Part shown: positions 18,697 to 28,584 of the stretch, in pieces | Layout of the letters: each line of letters starts with the position of its first letter | How positions within the stretch are numbered: position 1 is the first letter of the stretch | Assembly (NCBI GenBank): GCA_965197585.1 | Contig: OZ240215.1 | Coordinates: forward strand, 1,248,001-1,312,000 | Direction of reading: 5' to 3' | Length of the DNA stretch: 64,000 nucleotides | DNA from: Dehalococcoidia bacterium | Lineage (GTDB): Bacteria > Chloroflexota > Dehalococcoidia > Plut-88900 | Position numbers and translations under genes: made by a program | The notes under the pieces: model-generated | Seen by the model: the letters and a program-made list of their open reading frames with translations, nothing else | Told to the model about the DNA's origin: nothing | The model's database searches: none

Positions 18697-20577
18697 CTAG
18701 CCTCCGCCTTTCACCTTCACAATGTCGTCTGCGAGTCTTTCAAGGGTTTCGTCGTCAACCTCAACCCCCAGCCCGGCGCCCATCACCAGAGACCCTCGGC
18801 CCTCGTACCCAAACATCACCGGGTCCCGGGTGATATCTTCACTCAGCAGGTGTGTCCCGAACGAGCCTTCCACGTACTCTACTTCCTGTAAATGCGCCGC
18901 GAGATGCCGTCCCGCCGCCGACAACAGCGACGTCTCCCCAACTTGCGCCCCCACCTGCACCTTTACCCCTGACTCCAATCCAAGTTCCGCTATCCGCAAC
19001 GAAGAGATTAACCCTCCGCACTTCGAGACCCGGACGTTGAACACATCACATGCCTTTTCTCGGATAAGGTTGACGGCATCATCAAAGGTGACCAGCGATT
19101 CGTCGGCAATAACGTTAAGCCCGGTCTCTTGCCGGACGCGCCGCATGCCTTCCAGATCAGATGCTGCAACCGGTTGCTCAACTACAGTTATGTCAAACGT
19201 CCGTAGCTGATTCAAAGCCGAGACAGCTTCGCGCCCGGACCAGGCGCCATTGGCATCCACCCTGATTTTTACATCCTTCCCGACAACATCCCTGACCCCT
19301 CCCACCCTTTCCACGTCCTTCTCCACCCCGACTTTTACTTTAAGATTCGTAAACCCGGCTTGGATATACCGTTCCGCCGTGGCACGCGCTATGTGCGGGT
19401 CGGTCGCATCTATCAAACCGGTGTACATCACATGCCCTCTGACCGGCCCCAGCCATGAGGCAATAGACTCCCCGGAACGCTTGAAAGCCCAGTCCAGTAA
19501 GGCTAGCTCCAAAGCGCACATTGTTGTGTTCCAGGCCACAACATCAGAGCCCTTCGAAAGGCGTTCAGCCCACTCTTCCACGAAAGATCCAATCTGTTCC
19601 ACAGCCCCCACCCCCGAACCGAACTCCAGCTTCATCACCTCCGCCCCAATCCTGTCCTTCAGTGCTTCGACCACCCCGGCCACGTCCTCCCCGGTAACAT
19701 AGGCCCTCGGCAACCCCTCCCCGTACCCCCTCAACCCGTCCCTCCCCGTTAGCCGTACAACTACTGAATCGCTGGTCGAGCGGCTCGTCTTGGAGTGTAC
19801 GAAGGCTCGATTAAACGGGATATGCAGGGGAAATACTTCCAGGCTCACGATCCTGCTCGGCCCCTGCCTCCGACCCAGCTTGGTGCCTCTAGGAAAATAC
19901 CGTTTCAGCACAACGTTACGCACAAACGTCCTGCTCAGTATCTGTTCCACTTCATCGGGGCGGAAACCGTAGTAAGAAATGTAACCCTGAAGTGTTCGCT
20001 TCCCTTCCTCCGCATGACGAACGTCAACTTCCCCATGCAGTGTGAACCACTGCACCGCCTCCTCGGAAAGCCCGTAGTGCCCGGTCATCGACTCCGCTAT
20101 TCCGTCGCTCGCCCGAGACAGGAACAGCTCGAATGCAACGGTTTCCAGCAGCATCGAGAGTCCCAAGTCTCTGAGGCTCTCATACGGCACCCTCTCCGAC
20201 CCAAACTCCCGTCGAGCCTCGTCCGCCTCGGCATTGAGCCGTATTACGTCGGCTTCCGTAAACCCGACACCCCTGGCCAGGTCTATCAGCATCTCCGGGT
20301 GCGCCTTTTCTCCCTCGTCCAGCCCCATCTCCTCCATCAGGTTCCCCTTAACCATGTCCGCAGCGTCCCGTGGAGCCACGGCAAACAGAAACGACAATAT
20401 CTGCACAGAGTTGAGATGCGTGACGATGAAGTTACGGAAGAATTCGCGCAGGTCTCCTCGGGCCATATCGCCCGACAGTATGGCCTTAACGCGAGGGTCG
20501 GCTAGAGCCCCAGTCGCAGTTCCTTCCAGGGTTTTCTTTATTGTGGTCTCAATCGAACTATGTAATGTGTCTGGCAA
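18697..20577 (-). CDS. Fusion of a heme-oxygenase-like diiron (CADD/PqqC/TenA-like) domain and an enolase-superfamily (MLE/dipeptide-epimerase-like) domain
   Basis: N-terminal NLMEEMG..KAHP, LET..FE, LHGEVDVRH. C-terminal GYGEGLPR, LKVKVG, VDANG, EQP, ADES, GAQVGET. Confidence 0.82.
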   Translation of the reverse strand: MPDTLHSSIETTIKKTLEGTATGALADPRVKAILSGDMARGDLREFFRNFIVTHLNSVQILSFLFAVAPRDAADMVKGNLMEEMGLDEGEKAHPEMLIDLARGVGFTEADVIRLNAEADEARREFGSERVPYESLRDLGLSMLLETVAFELFLSRASDGIAESMTGHYGLSEEAVQWFTLHGEVDVRHAEEGKRTLQGYISYYGFRPDEVEQILSRTFVRNVVLKRYFPRGTKLGRRQGPSRIVSLEVFPLHIPFNRAFVHSKTSRSTSDSVVVRLTGRDGLRGYGEGLPRAYVTGEDVAGVVEALKDRIGAEVMKLEFGSGVGAVEQIGSFVEEWAERLSKGSDVVAWNTTMCALELALLDWAFKRSGESIASWLGPVRGHVMYTGLIDATDPHIARATAERYIQAGFTNLKVKVGVEKDVERVGGVRDVVGKDVKIRVDANGAWSGREAVSALNQLRTFDITVVEQPVAASDLEGMRRVRQETGLNVIADESLVTFDDAVNLIREKACDVFNVRVSKCGGLISSLRIAELGLESGVKVQVGAQVGETSLLSAAGRHLAAHLQEVEYVEGSFGTHLLSEDITRDPVMFGYEGRGSLVMGAGLGVEVDDETLERLADDIVKVKGGG

Positions 20578-20600
20578 AGATGCTCACTTTCCTAATCGAC

Positions 20601-22811
20601 TCATGCGTCCGAAAGCTTCCCTTCCTGACGCAGGTGTAACCGGGCTAACTTCAATTCCTCGTAGTCAAACTCGTCCCCAAGCCGCTCTTTCACAGGCCCG
20701 AGCAAGGCGCTCCCGGACTCCCGGAACGCTTCTTCGATAACGCCCAGTCTTTCGGGCTCAGGGGTAACACGAGTGAGGTCCAACTGAATTCCCTGGTAGG
20801 CAATTCGTTCCATATGCCCAATAACGGTATTCTTGGCCAGACCCCGCTCGTTGGCTATCTGGTCGATTGACAGTCCTTGCGCCAGCATCTCTCTTGTAGT
20901 TTCGTGAGTGCCGCTCAAGGCTCCGTCGCGAGAATCTCCGTTTCGGTTTGCGCCTCCACTCCGAGGCGCCAGTGCCGGCAGTTCAACGCCCGTCGGCACT
21001 TCCACATTGTTCGCCTCAACATACTCCTTGATAACGCTGACGAATTCAGGGCCGTATTCCTGCAGCTTCACCTCCCCAACCCCGTGCATCCGAGAAAACT
21101 CCTCTTTGCTGCATGGGTAAGCTGCGGACATGTGGCGCAGGGATACATCGCCGAATACAACGTAAGGTGGGACGCCGCGTTCATCGGCCAGCCGCTTCCG
21201 CAATGCACGCAGCTCTTGAAAAAGGGCTTCATCGTATTTGAACGCATCGCCACCGGGCCTCGACCTAGTGGACCGTCTGTCCATTGACGGCTTGACCAGT
21301 GTTAGCGACTCCCGTTGCTTGAGGAATGCCCAGCCCTCGGGGGAGAGGGAAAGGGTAGGATAGTCCCCTTCGTTTCGAACCAGCAGTCCTTTCGCCTGAA
21401 TCTGGCCGAAGACCTCTTTGAGTTGACGCTTGCTGAAGTCTTTGACAATGCCGTAAACGCTCAATTGGTCGTGCCCCAATGCCAACACCCGCTTGTCCCG
21501 GCTCCCGACCAGCACGTCGATCACGTGGTTCGCCCCGAACCTCTCATCGGTCCGCACCACTGCCGAGAGTACTTTCTGAGCCACTTCCGTGGCGTCGAAT
21601 CTGTTGTCGGTATCGAGGCAGATATCACATGCCCCGCAGTCTTCCTCCTTCCATTCCTCTCCGAAATACCTGAGCAGGAATCGCCGTCGGCAGGTTGGAA
21701 GCTGGGCGTATTCCACCATCTTGTCCAGCTTCTGCTGGGCGTTGCGCCGCTCCCTCTCATCCTCCATCTGCCCGATGAAATACTCCTGTTTCACCCTGTC
21801 GCCAAGAGTGAAGAAAAGGACACAGTCGCTTGGCAGCCCGTCCCTCCCGGCCCGGCCCGTTTCCTGATAGTAACCCTCCACCGACTTCGGCAGATTGTGA
21901 TGGACGACCAGCCTCACATCCGGTTTGTCGATGCCCATGCCAAAAGCAATGGTGGCAACTATTATGGGAACCCTGTCACGGATGAAATCGTCCTGGGTCC
22001 GCCTCCGGAGCTCAGGCGTCAGTCCCGCATGGTATGGAAGGGCGGAAAAACCCTGGCCGTTCAACTGGCGCGCTAGGTCCTCGGTCTCCTGGCGCGAGAA
22101 GCAGTAAATGATGACCGACTCGTCCCGGTGCTTTTCAAGGAGTGAGATCAGCTCCCCCCAGGAGTCCGTCTTGGGCCGCACCGAGTAGCTGAGGTTCGCC
22201 CTGTTGAAGCTCGACAGGAACACCCGACCCCGCTCCAGCCCCAGCTGCTGGACGATGTCCTCCCGCACCTTCTCGGTGGCGGTGGCAGTCAGCGCAATCA
22301 CCGGCACCGACGGAAAGTCCCGCCTCAGGTCCAGCAGGTTGCGGTAATCCGGCCGGAACTCGTGGCCCCACTCGGAGATGCAGTGAGCCTCATCAATGGC
22401 GATTAAACTCAGGTCCACCTCTTGAAGAAACCGTCGAAACAGAGGCGCAGGAAGACGTTCGGGCGCCACGTACAGGAGCTTGACAAGACCGGCCCTCACA
22501 TCGCTCTGCACCCGGTCTATCTCTTTCCAGGACAGGGAGCTGTTGATAAACCGGGCGGCTATCCCATTGGCATTCAGCGCATCCACTTGGTCCTTCATCA
22601 GTGCGATGAGTGGAGAGACGACCAACGTGACCCCTTCGAATATCAATGCAGGCAGTTGATAACAGAGCGACTTCCCACCCCCTGTGGGCATCAGCGCAAG
22701 GCTGTCCCGACCGGCCAGCACATTGCCGATTATCTCGCCCTGCGGCGCCCAGAAGCTGTCATAGCCGAAGCGCGACCTCAGGACGGCAAGTGTATCGACA
22801 GTATCGTTCAT
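20601..22811 (-). CDS. recQ: ATP-dependent DNA helicase RecQ
   Basis: PTGGGKSLCYQ, DEAHCISEWGHEFRP, YYQETGRAGRDG, Zn/RQC, HRDC and C-terminal HTH; start at 22811 is inferred. Confidence 0.95.
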   Translation of the reverse strand: MNDTVDTLAVLRSRFGYDSFWAPQGEIIGNVLAGRDSLALMPTGGGKSLCYQLPALIFEGVTLVVSPLIALMKDQVDALNANGIAARFINSSLSWKEIDRVQSDVRAGLVKLLYVAPERLPAPLFRRFLQEVDLSLIAIDEAHCISEWGHEFRPDYRNLLDLRRDFPSVPVIALTATATEKVREDIVQQLGLERGRVFLSSFNRANLSYSVRPKTDSWGELISLLEKHRDESVIIYCFSRQETEDLARQLNGQGFSALPYHAGLTPELRRRTQDDFIRDRVPIIVATIAFGMGIDKPDVRLVVHHNLPKSVEGYYQETGRAGRDGLPSDCVLFFTLGDRVKQEYFIGQMEDERERRNAQQKLDKMVEYAQLPTCRRRFLLRYFGEEWKEEDCGACDICLDTDNRFDATEVAQKVLSAVVRTDERFGANHVIDVLVGSRDKRVLALGHDQLSVYGIVKDFSKRQLKEVFGQIQAKGLLVRNEGDYPTLSLSPEGWAFLKQRESLTLVKPSMDRRSTRSRPGGDAFKYDEALFQELRALRKRLADERGVPPYVVFGDVSLRHMSAAYPCSKEEFSRMHGVGEVKLQEYGPEFVSVIKEYVEANNVEVPTGVELPALAPRSGGANRNGDSRDGALSGTHETTREMLAQGLSIDQIANERGLAKNTVIGHMERIAYQGIQLDLTRVTPEPERLGVIEEAFRESGSALLGPVKERLGDEFDYEELKLARLHLRQEGKLSDA

Positions 22812-23055
22812 GGTGTGAGAAGCCCAACTCCCGAGGGCGACCAACGGGCCCGAGGTCATATTACCCTTAATGCAGAGCGGAAAGAAGCTTGGATGCCGGA
22901 ATGCACCACGTAGGTTCCGGTTGTGTGACAGCGTGATCGAGTAGTGGAAACCATCTCTTGAGTCCTGCCAGTCAACCCGACCTCCACACACTCACCCCTA
23001 TATAATACCGACAAGCAAGCATTGACCCCGCAAAAGTTAGTTAAGGCATTCAACA

Positions 23056-24318
23056 ATGCTCCAAGGCTCCTTGGATAAAGGCCCTGGCCCCCTCACCGGA
23101 GTAAGAGTCCTCGATTTCACCAGGGCTCTTGCAGGCCCCTTCTGTACCCGTCTCCTCTGCGACCTGGGAGCCGAGGTCATCAAGATCGAGCCCCCTCCCG
23201 GCGACCAGTCCCGAGACTTCATGTACGTAACCGAGGAGGGCATTAGCGGTTACTTCATGCAGCATAATGTCGGGAAAAAGGGCCTTTGCATCGACCTGCG
23301 CTTGCCATCCGGAATCGCGCTTGCGAAGGCACTGGCAGATCTCTCCGACGTAGTCGTCGAAAATTACAGACCTGGTGTCATGGGCCGCCTCGGGCTCGAC
23401 TACCCTACCCTTACCAAGACTAATCCCGGACTCGTGATGTGCTCCATATCGGGATACGGGCAGGAAGGCAGCTACGTCCATAGGCCCGCTGCCGATCACA
23501 CTGCCCAGGCCATGAGCGGCGTAGCACATCTCAACGGAGACCCCGATGGCCGCCCTCGACTCGTTGGGACCGCTGTAGGCGACACCGTAGGAGGTGCCCA
23601 TGCCTTCGGGGCAATCTGTGCCGCTCTATACAGGAGGGCTGTAACCCAAAAGGGCGAATACATAGACCTCTCCCTGGTCGACAGCCTGATTTGGCAAAAC
23701 GAGTGGGCCTTCGAGTATCGCCTCCTGAGCGGTGGCCGGGACCTCCCCAAGAAGAACAGACCCGTGGTCAACGTGCATGGCATCTACAAGGCACGGGACG
23801 GCTACATCACACTCGCCGCTGTCACTCAGGAAGGCTGGGAAAACCTGACGAGAGTCATGGAAAGGCCTGAATTGGCCTCCGACCCTCGATTCCTCACTCC
23901 ACGGGATAGAGAGCTACGCTGGAAAGACGTAGATCAAATCATCGAAGACTGGGTGATGACCTTCCCCTCGGCCCGAGCCGCCGTCCACGCTTTTACCGAC
24001 ATCGGAGGCCTCGTAGGCAGCGAAGTGCTCTCCGTCCCCGATGTGCTGGAAGACCCTCGCATGGAGGAAAGAGGCCTGTTAGCTGATGTGGTAGATCCAG
24101 TGCTGGGGCCTGTAAAGGTGCTCAACTCACCTTTCAAGTTCACCGACTCCATGTCCGGGCCTCGAGCCCACGCGCCCTTACGCGGTGAGCACACCGTCCC
24201 CGTCCTCCGAGGCTTGTTGGGACTGTCAAGGGAGCGAGTCCTGGAGCTGATGGGGGAAGGCGCTGTCATCATCGAAGATCGTGCCGTCGAAGGAGCCTTG
24301 CGAGACCTGGGCGTTTAA
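23056..24318 (+). CDS. CaiB/BaiF family III CoA-transferase
   Basis: GPLTGVRVLDFTRALAGP, DLGAEVIKIEP, ENYRPG, catalytic Asp in AVGDTVGG. Confidence 0.92.
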   Translation: MLQGSLDKGPGPLTGVRVLDFTRALAGPFCTRLLCDLGAEVIKIEPPPGDQSRDFMYVTEEGISGYFMQHNVGKKGLCIDLRLPSGIALAKALADLSDVVVENYRPGVMGRLGLDYPTLTKTNPGLVMCSISGYGQEGSYVHRPAADHTAQAMSGVAHLNGDPDGRPRLVGTAVGDTVGGAHAFGAICAALYRRAVTQKGEYIDLSLVDSLIWQNEWAFEYRLLSGGRDLPKKNRPVVNVHGIYKARDGYITLAAVTQEGWENLTRVMERPELASDPRFLTPRDRELRWKDVDQIIEDWVMTFPSARAAVHAFTDIGGLVGSEVLSVPDVLEDPRMEERGLLADVVDPVLGPVKVLNSPFKFTDSMSGPRAHAPLRGEHTVPVLRGLLGLSRERVLELMGEGAVIIEDRAVEGALRDLGV

Positions 24319-24338
24319 TACCTTGAGCCGGAGGAGCC

Positions 24339-25556
24339 ATGAAACAAGAGAGCCCCGTCCAGGACGAAGAACGGGTTATCACCGACGAAATGCTGGCTTT
24401 GGCCCGCAGCCGCATCGGCGTCCCTATGAAGGTGCACGTTCCCTTCAATGAGTTCGTTACGGTGGACGCCATAAGGCACTTCGCCCACGGCACCGGCGAC
24501 GATAACCCCCTTTACTGCGACGGGAACTACGGTGCCAAGACCCGGTGGGGCAGCACGATTGCCCCTCCCCTCTTCTACAGAAGCACAGGCAACCCCGAGC
24601 CCCGAGAGTGGAGCAAGGAAGACAGTGTCAGGGCCCGTGACCCCCTCAGCGGCATACATTCCTGGTACGTGGGCGAGACCATCCACTGGCTCCGCCCCAT
24701 CTATCCCAGCGAACAGCTGTTCGCCCGCCGTTTTCGCCAGGACTTCCTCGAAAAACGAAGCTCCTTCACCGGCGGCCGAGCAGTTATCGAGGTGGTCCGA
24801 CAGGAGTTCAGAAACCAGCGCGGAGAATTGGTAGTAGTGGCAGACGAGAAAGAGTTCCGCGGAGGCCGGCAAAAGAAGTGGGGTGAGCGCACGAAATACG
24901 CCCACTATGAGCGCCAAAGCTACACGCCCGATGCCCTCGAAACCCTTGACAGCGCATACGACTCGGAAGCGAGAAGAGGTGGGTCTCCAAGATACTGGGA
25001 GGACGTCGTACAAGGTGAGGCATTGCCACCTTTGGTGAAGGGCCCCCTCATCGTCACCGATATGGTCAACTGGAAAATGGGTAGTGGCTTGGCCATGCTA
25101 TTCCACGGTGCCCACCGACTCGCCTATCAGTGGCGCAAAGCCCACCCCCGAGCCTATGTAACTAACGCCGACGGTATTCCCGACATAGCCGAATCGGTGC
25201 ACTGGGACGAGCATATTGCCCGGCTCACCGGAAACCCTTACCCCTACGACTTCGGCGAGCAAAGGGTGGCTTGGCTCACCCACCTCATCACGGAATGGAT
25301 GGGGGACGACGCTTGGCTCCTCTCTCTTGAAAGCCAAGTCCGCCGCTTTGTCTACATAGGCGACACGGTCTGGATAAGAGGTGAGGTGGCAGATAAGGAG
25401 GCCAGTGACGGCGAGCACCGGGTGACGATCAACGTAAAGGCAGAAGACCACCGGAATGAAGTAACCGCCATCGGCACTGCGACAGTCCTGCTCCCCTCCC
25501 GAGCCGAAGGCCCCGTGACCCTACCACCGAAACTAAATCTGGCCTCGGCAGGTTAG
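24339..25556 (+). CDS. Double hot-dog (MaoC-like) dehydratase
   Basis: IRHFAHGTGDDNPLY, IAPP, YWEDV..GEALP, VHWDE, FVYIGDT. Confidence 0.85.
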   Translation: MKQESPVQDEERVITDEMLALARSRIGVPMKVHVPFNEFVTVDAIRHFAHGTGDDNPLYCDGNYGAKTRWGSTIAPPLFYRSTGNPEPREWSKEDSVRARDPLSGIHSWYVGETIHWLRPIYPSEQLFARRFRQDFLEKRSSFTGGRAVIEVVRQEFRNQRGELVVVADEKEFRGGRQKKWGERTKYAHYERQSYTPDALETLDSAYDSEARRGGSPRYWEDVVQGEALPPLVKGPLIVTDMVNWKMGSGLAMLFHGAHRLAYQWRKAHPRAYVTNADGIPDIAESVHWDEHIARLTGNPYPYDFGEQRVAWLTHLITEWMGDDAWLLSLESQVRRFVYIGDTVWIRGEVADKEASDGEHRVTINVKAEDHRNEVTAIGTATVLLPSRAEGPVTLPPKLNLASAG

Positions 25557-25596
25557 TCTGTAACCTGTCGGCGGCAGAAGGTTCTGCTGTGCGCCA

Positions 25597-27999
25597 TCAC
25601 GCCAGGACCCCTTCCGCCTGTAATCTTCTGACTTCTTCCTCAGACATTTTGAGCAGTCCACTGAAGACGTAGTCGTTGTCTTCACCAAAGCGGTGGCAGC
25701 GTTCTATCTGTGCGGGCGTTTCAGATAAATGGATGAAGGGCCCGGGGTACTCTACAGAGCCTATCTCCGGGTCATCGACGCTGGTGAAAAAACCCCGTGA
25801 GCGGAGATTGGGATCTTCGAAAACGCGTTTCCCATCCTGTACCATCCCCGCCGACACACCGGCCTTTTGTAGAATGTTCATTACTGTCTCGTGTGTCCGC
25901 TCCCGGGTCCACTCTTCTATCCATCGGTCCAACTCATCCTGGTTGGCATGCCGATCGGCCATATCCGCAAACCTCGCATCCCTACACCATGCGGGACTCC
26001 CCAACGCCCGACAAAGGCCTTCCCACTCCTCCTCACTGCCTACAGCAATGGCACACCAGGCATCACTGCCTTTGCACCGATATACACCGTGAGGAGCCAT
26101 CCACGCATGTCGATTGCCCAAAGGCTGGGATACTGTCCCGTTGATGAAATAGTCCAGGTACTCCGTTCCGAGCACAGCCGCCATTGCCTCAGTCTGGGCC
26201 AGTTCGATAAGTTGACCCTCGCCGGTGTGGTCCCTGTAGCGCAATGCAGCCATAATCGCGACGCTGCCCATCGCCGCGCTCAAATAATCGGGAGTCCAGA
26301 CCGGTGGGCCTGCGGGTTCAGGGTCGTCCGGGTAAGACCACAGGTGATATAGACCGGTGATGCTCATGGCAACCGACGCCATTCCCAGGTAATCTCGCTG
26401 GAATCCCGAGAGCCCGAATGCCGGGAGCCGAGCCATGATGATGTCTTTCCTCAGCGCTTTCAGCTCTTCGTAGCCTAAACCCCACCTCTCCATCACCCGG
26501 GGACTGAAGTTCTCCACCACGACATCGCAGAATGGCACAAGTCGTCGAATGACTTCCCGACCTTCCTCCGTCCCCATGTTGACCGTAACGCTTCTCTTGT
26601 TCCGGTTAACGTCGGCGAAGGTGACTTTCTGTTGAAGCACGACCTTCGGGTCCAAGTCCGCTCTGGCCCGACCCCTCTGCTGCCGTGCCTCCGACTCAAC
26701 CTTTATCACCTCCGCCCCATTCTCTCCCAAGACTTGCGTCAGCACCGGCCCTGCTATGGCAAAAGTGAAGTCCAGCACACGAATGCCTTGAAGTGGCGAA
26801 CTCTTTCCGGGCTTACCTGTCCGTCCCGCTTCAACCGAAGGGGACAGCATCGCCGTCTTGGTTGCCGAGAAATCAGTGAGCACATCTACGTTATGTTCAC
26901 CTAAGCCGGGTGCGGGAGCGAAGATCGCACCGGGAGTCTCACTCATCCTGAAGGGGCTGCACACCAACCTGCTTCTGCCCGACACCCGGTGCGCCACGTC
27001 AACGAAAAGGCTCCGTTCCAAAGCATATGGGTCCCGGGTGAACTCGTCAGGCCGGTTGATCGGGCCAATTGGGATCCGGTAGTCCTGTCCTTTTCGGAAC
27101 AGCTCGTCCTTGGTTAACCCCCTCATGAACTCCAGCACTTGGGGTTCTATGAATTCGAGGTTTGCATTGCGTACGTGTCGGTTCTCCCAAATCGGGTCCA
27201 TCAGGGCTTCCGGCCTGCCCATCCATTCGAGCAAGTTGTGCCAGTGCCCACGAGGAATGATTACAATGTGGCAGAAACCGTCGCTGCCAGGGTAAACCCC
27301 CTCCGGCATGCCTCCGCCCAAAGGGCCGCGGTTCCCCTCGCGTGCCAGAACGGCCCTATTGGCGCTGTAGTTCACCACTACGTGCTGCTGTGATGCACTC
27401 ACTTCTTGGCACGACAAATCCACCCGCTGCCCTAGGCCCGTGCTTTCCCGGTATCTCAAAGCCATCAGCATACCAAATGCAGCGTAGGTGGACGCCAATT
27501 GGTATGGCTGGTATTCCGGCTCCGTCAATGGCGCCCGTTCGGGCGAACCGCACAGGTACATTACGCCACCCATGGCCGATACCACGATGCTCGGCGCCTT
27601 GAAGCGGCTGTAGGGCCCATCCAGTCCGAATCCCGTGATCGACGCCACCACCAGGGCCGGGTTTTCTTTCCTCAGGCTCTCGTATTCGAAAGCCCCCTCC
27701 ACCGGGGTCTCGATTATGGCATCGGCGGTGCGGGCCAGTCCTCGGAATGTCTCCCTCCCTTGGCCCGTGGTCAGGTCCAGGGTGACACTCTTCTTGTTGG
27801 TGTTCAGGTGGAGGAAGCGCAGGCTTGCTTCATCTTCCGGAGCTCCGCGCCTGAACGGACCTATGCGCCTTGCCGGATCACCCCCAGGAGGCTCGACCCT
27901 TATAACTTCCGCACCTAGGTCGGCCAGCAGTCGTCCGCATAGCTGCCCCTGCACCCCTGCCAGATCCAGAATGCGTATTCCGCCTAGAGCCGTCTTCAT
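25597..27999 (-). CDS. Tandem two-domain CaiB/BaiF CoA-transferase
   Basis: Two CaiB repeats (ALGGIRILDL..LADLGAEV; PLQGIRVLDF..ENGAEVIKVE); start at 27999 is inferred. Confidence 0.92.
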   Translation of the reverse strand: MKTALGGIRILDLAGVQGQLCGRLLADLGAEVIRVEPPGGDPARRIGPFRRGAPEDEASLRFLHLNTNKKSVTLDLTTGQGRETFRGLARTADAIIETPVEGAFEYESLRKENPALVVASITGFGLDGPYSRFKAPSIVVSAMGGVMYLCGSPERAPLTEPEYQPYQLASTYAAFGMLMALRYRESTGLGQRVDLSCQEVSASQQHVVVNYSANRAVLAREGNRGPLGGGMPEGVYPGSDGFCHIVIIPRGHWHNLLEWMGRPEALMDPIWENRHVRNANLEFIEPQVLEFMRGLTKDELFRKGQDYRIPIGPINRPDEFTRDPYALERSLFVDVAHRVSGRSRLVCSPFRMSETPGAIFAPAPGLGEHNVDVLTDFSATKTAMLSPSVEAGRTGKPGKSSPLQGIRVLDFTFAIAGPVLTQVLGENGAEVIKVESEARQQRGRARADLDPKVVLQQKVTFADVNRNKRSVTVNMGTEEGREVIRRLVPFCDVVVENFSPRVMERWGLGYEELKALRKDIIMARLPAFGLSGFQRDYLGMASVAMSITGLYHLWSYPDDPEPAGPPVWTPDYLSAAMGSVAIMAALRYRDHTGEGQLIELAQTEAMAAVLGTEYLDYFINGTVSQPLGNRHAWMAPHGVYRCKGSDAWCAIAVGSEEEWEGLCRALGSPAWCRDARFADMADRHANQDELDRWIEEWTRERTHETVMNILQKAGVSAGMVQDGKRVFEDPNLRSRGFFTSVDDPEIGSVEYPGPFIHLSETPAQIERCHRFGEDNDYVFSGLLKMSEEEVRRLQAEGVLA

Positions 28000-28021
28000 T
28001 CGCGCTTGTGAGTTGCTGTCC

Positions 28022-28462
28022 TCAGGCCTTCGTCCGATATCCGCCCGTGTAGTAATTCCACGAAAACAGTTTGGACACTTCGACTCGAACAAGGACAGGG
28101 TTAATGGACTGCTTTAGCGATTCCGAGTACCTGAGCCCTGCGTCAGGCCCAAGATACCTCACGCAAATGCGTTCAATGTACTCTCCAGCCTTGGACTCGG
28201 ATTCCTCCACCTCCCCCGAACCGTATATCGTGACCTGTCTGTAGGGATAGTGATCGTCGTCGATGAGAAACGACATCCTCACATCATTTTGGAGTGCCTT
28301 GCCCCTCGGAGCAGCCCTTCCGCAGAAAAAGAACAATTTGTCGTCTTCATACAGATACCAGGTGGCGACAAGATAAGGAAAACCGTCGGGGCTGTTCGAA
28401 GCTGCCCTGGCTACTCGTGGTTCATCCAAAAACCGCCATACTTCTTCGTCGGACATTTTCAT
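28022..28462 (-). CDS. Pyridoxamine 5'-phosphate oxidase-like (PPOX/split-barrel) protein
   Basis: MSDEEVWRFL, DGFPYLVATWY, KALQNDVRMSFLID, VTIYG. Confidence 0.82.
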   Translation of the reverse strand: MKMSDEEVWRFLDEPRVARAASNSPDGFPYLVATWYLYEDDKLFFFCGRAAPRGKALQNDVRMSFLIDDDHYPYRQVTIYGSGEVEESESKAGEYIERICVRYLGPDAGLRYSESLKQSINPVLVRVEVSKLFSWNYYTGGYRTKA

Positions 28463-28584
28463 AGCACTAGCCCTTTTACCCACGTTGTCTTAAATACGCA
28501 CGTCATTCCCGACGCCGTGAACATTCTACAGAGGCCCGAGATTCGAGACTACGCAAAGCTCGCCCAGCCACTACCCGCGACTTA

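Noticed and set aside
25597-27999. Tandem CaiB proteins lacking the catalytic Asp in the N-terminal half (also 41543-43957)
   Set aside because: A known pattern for fused or heterodimeric family III CoA-transferases.
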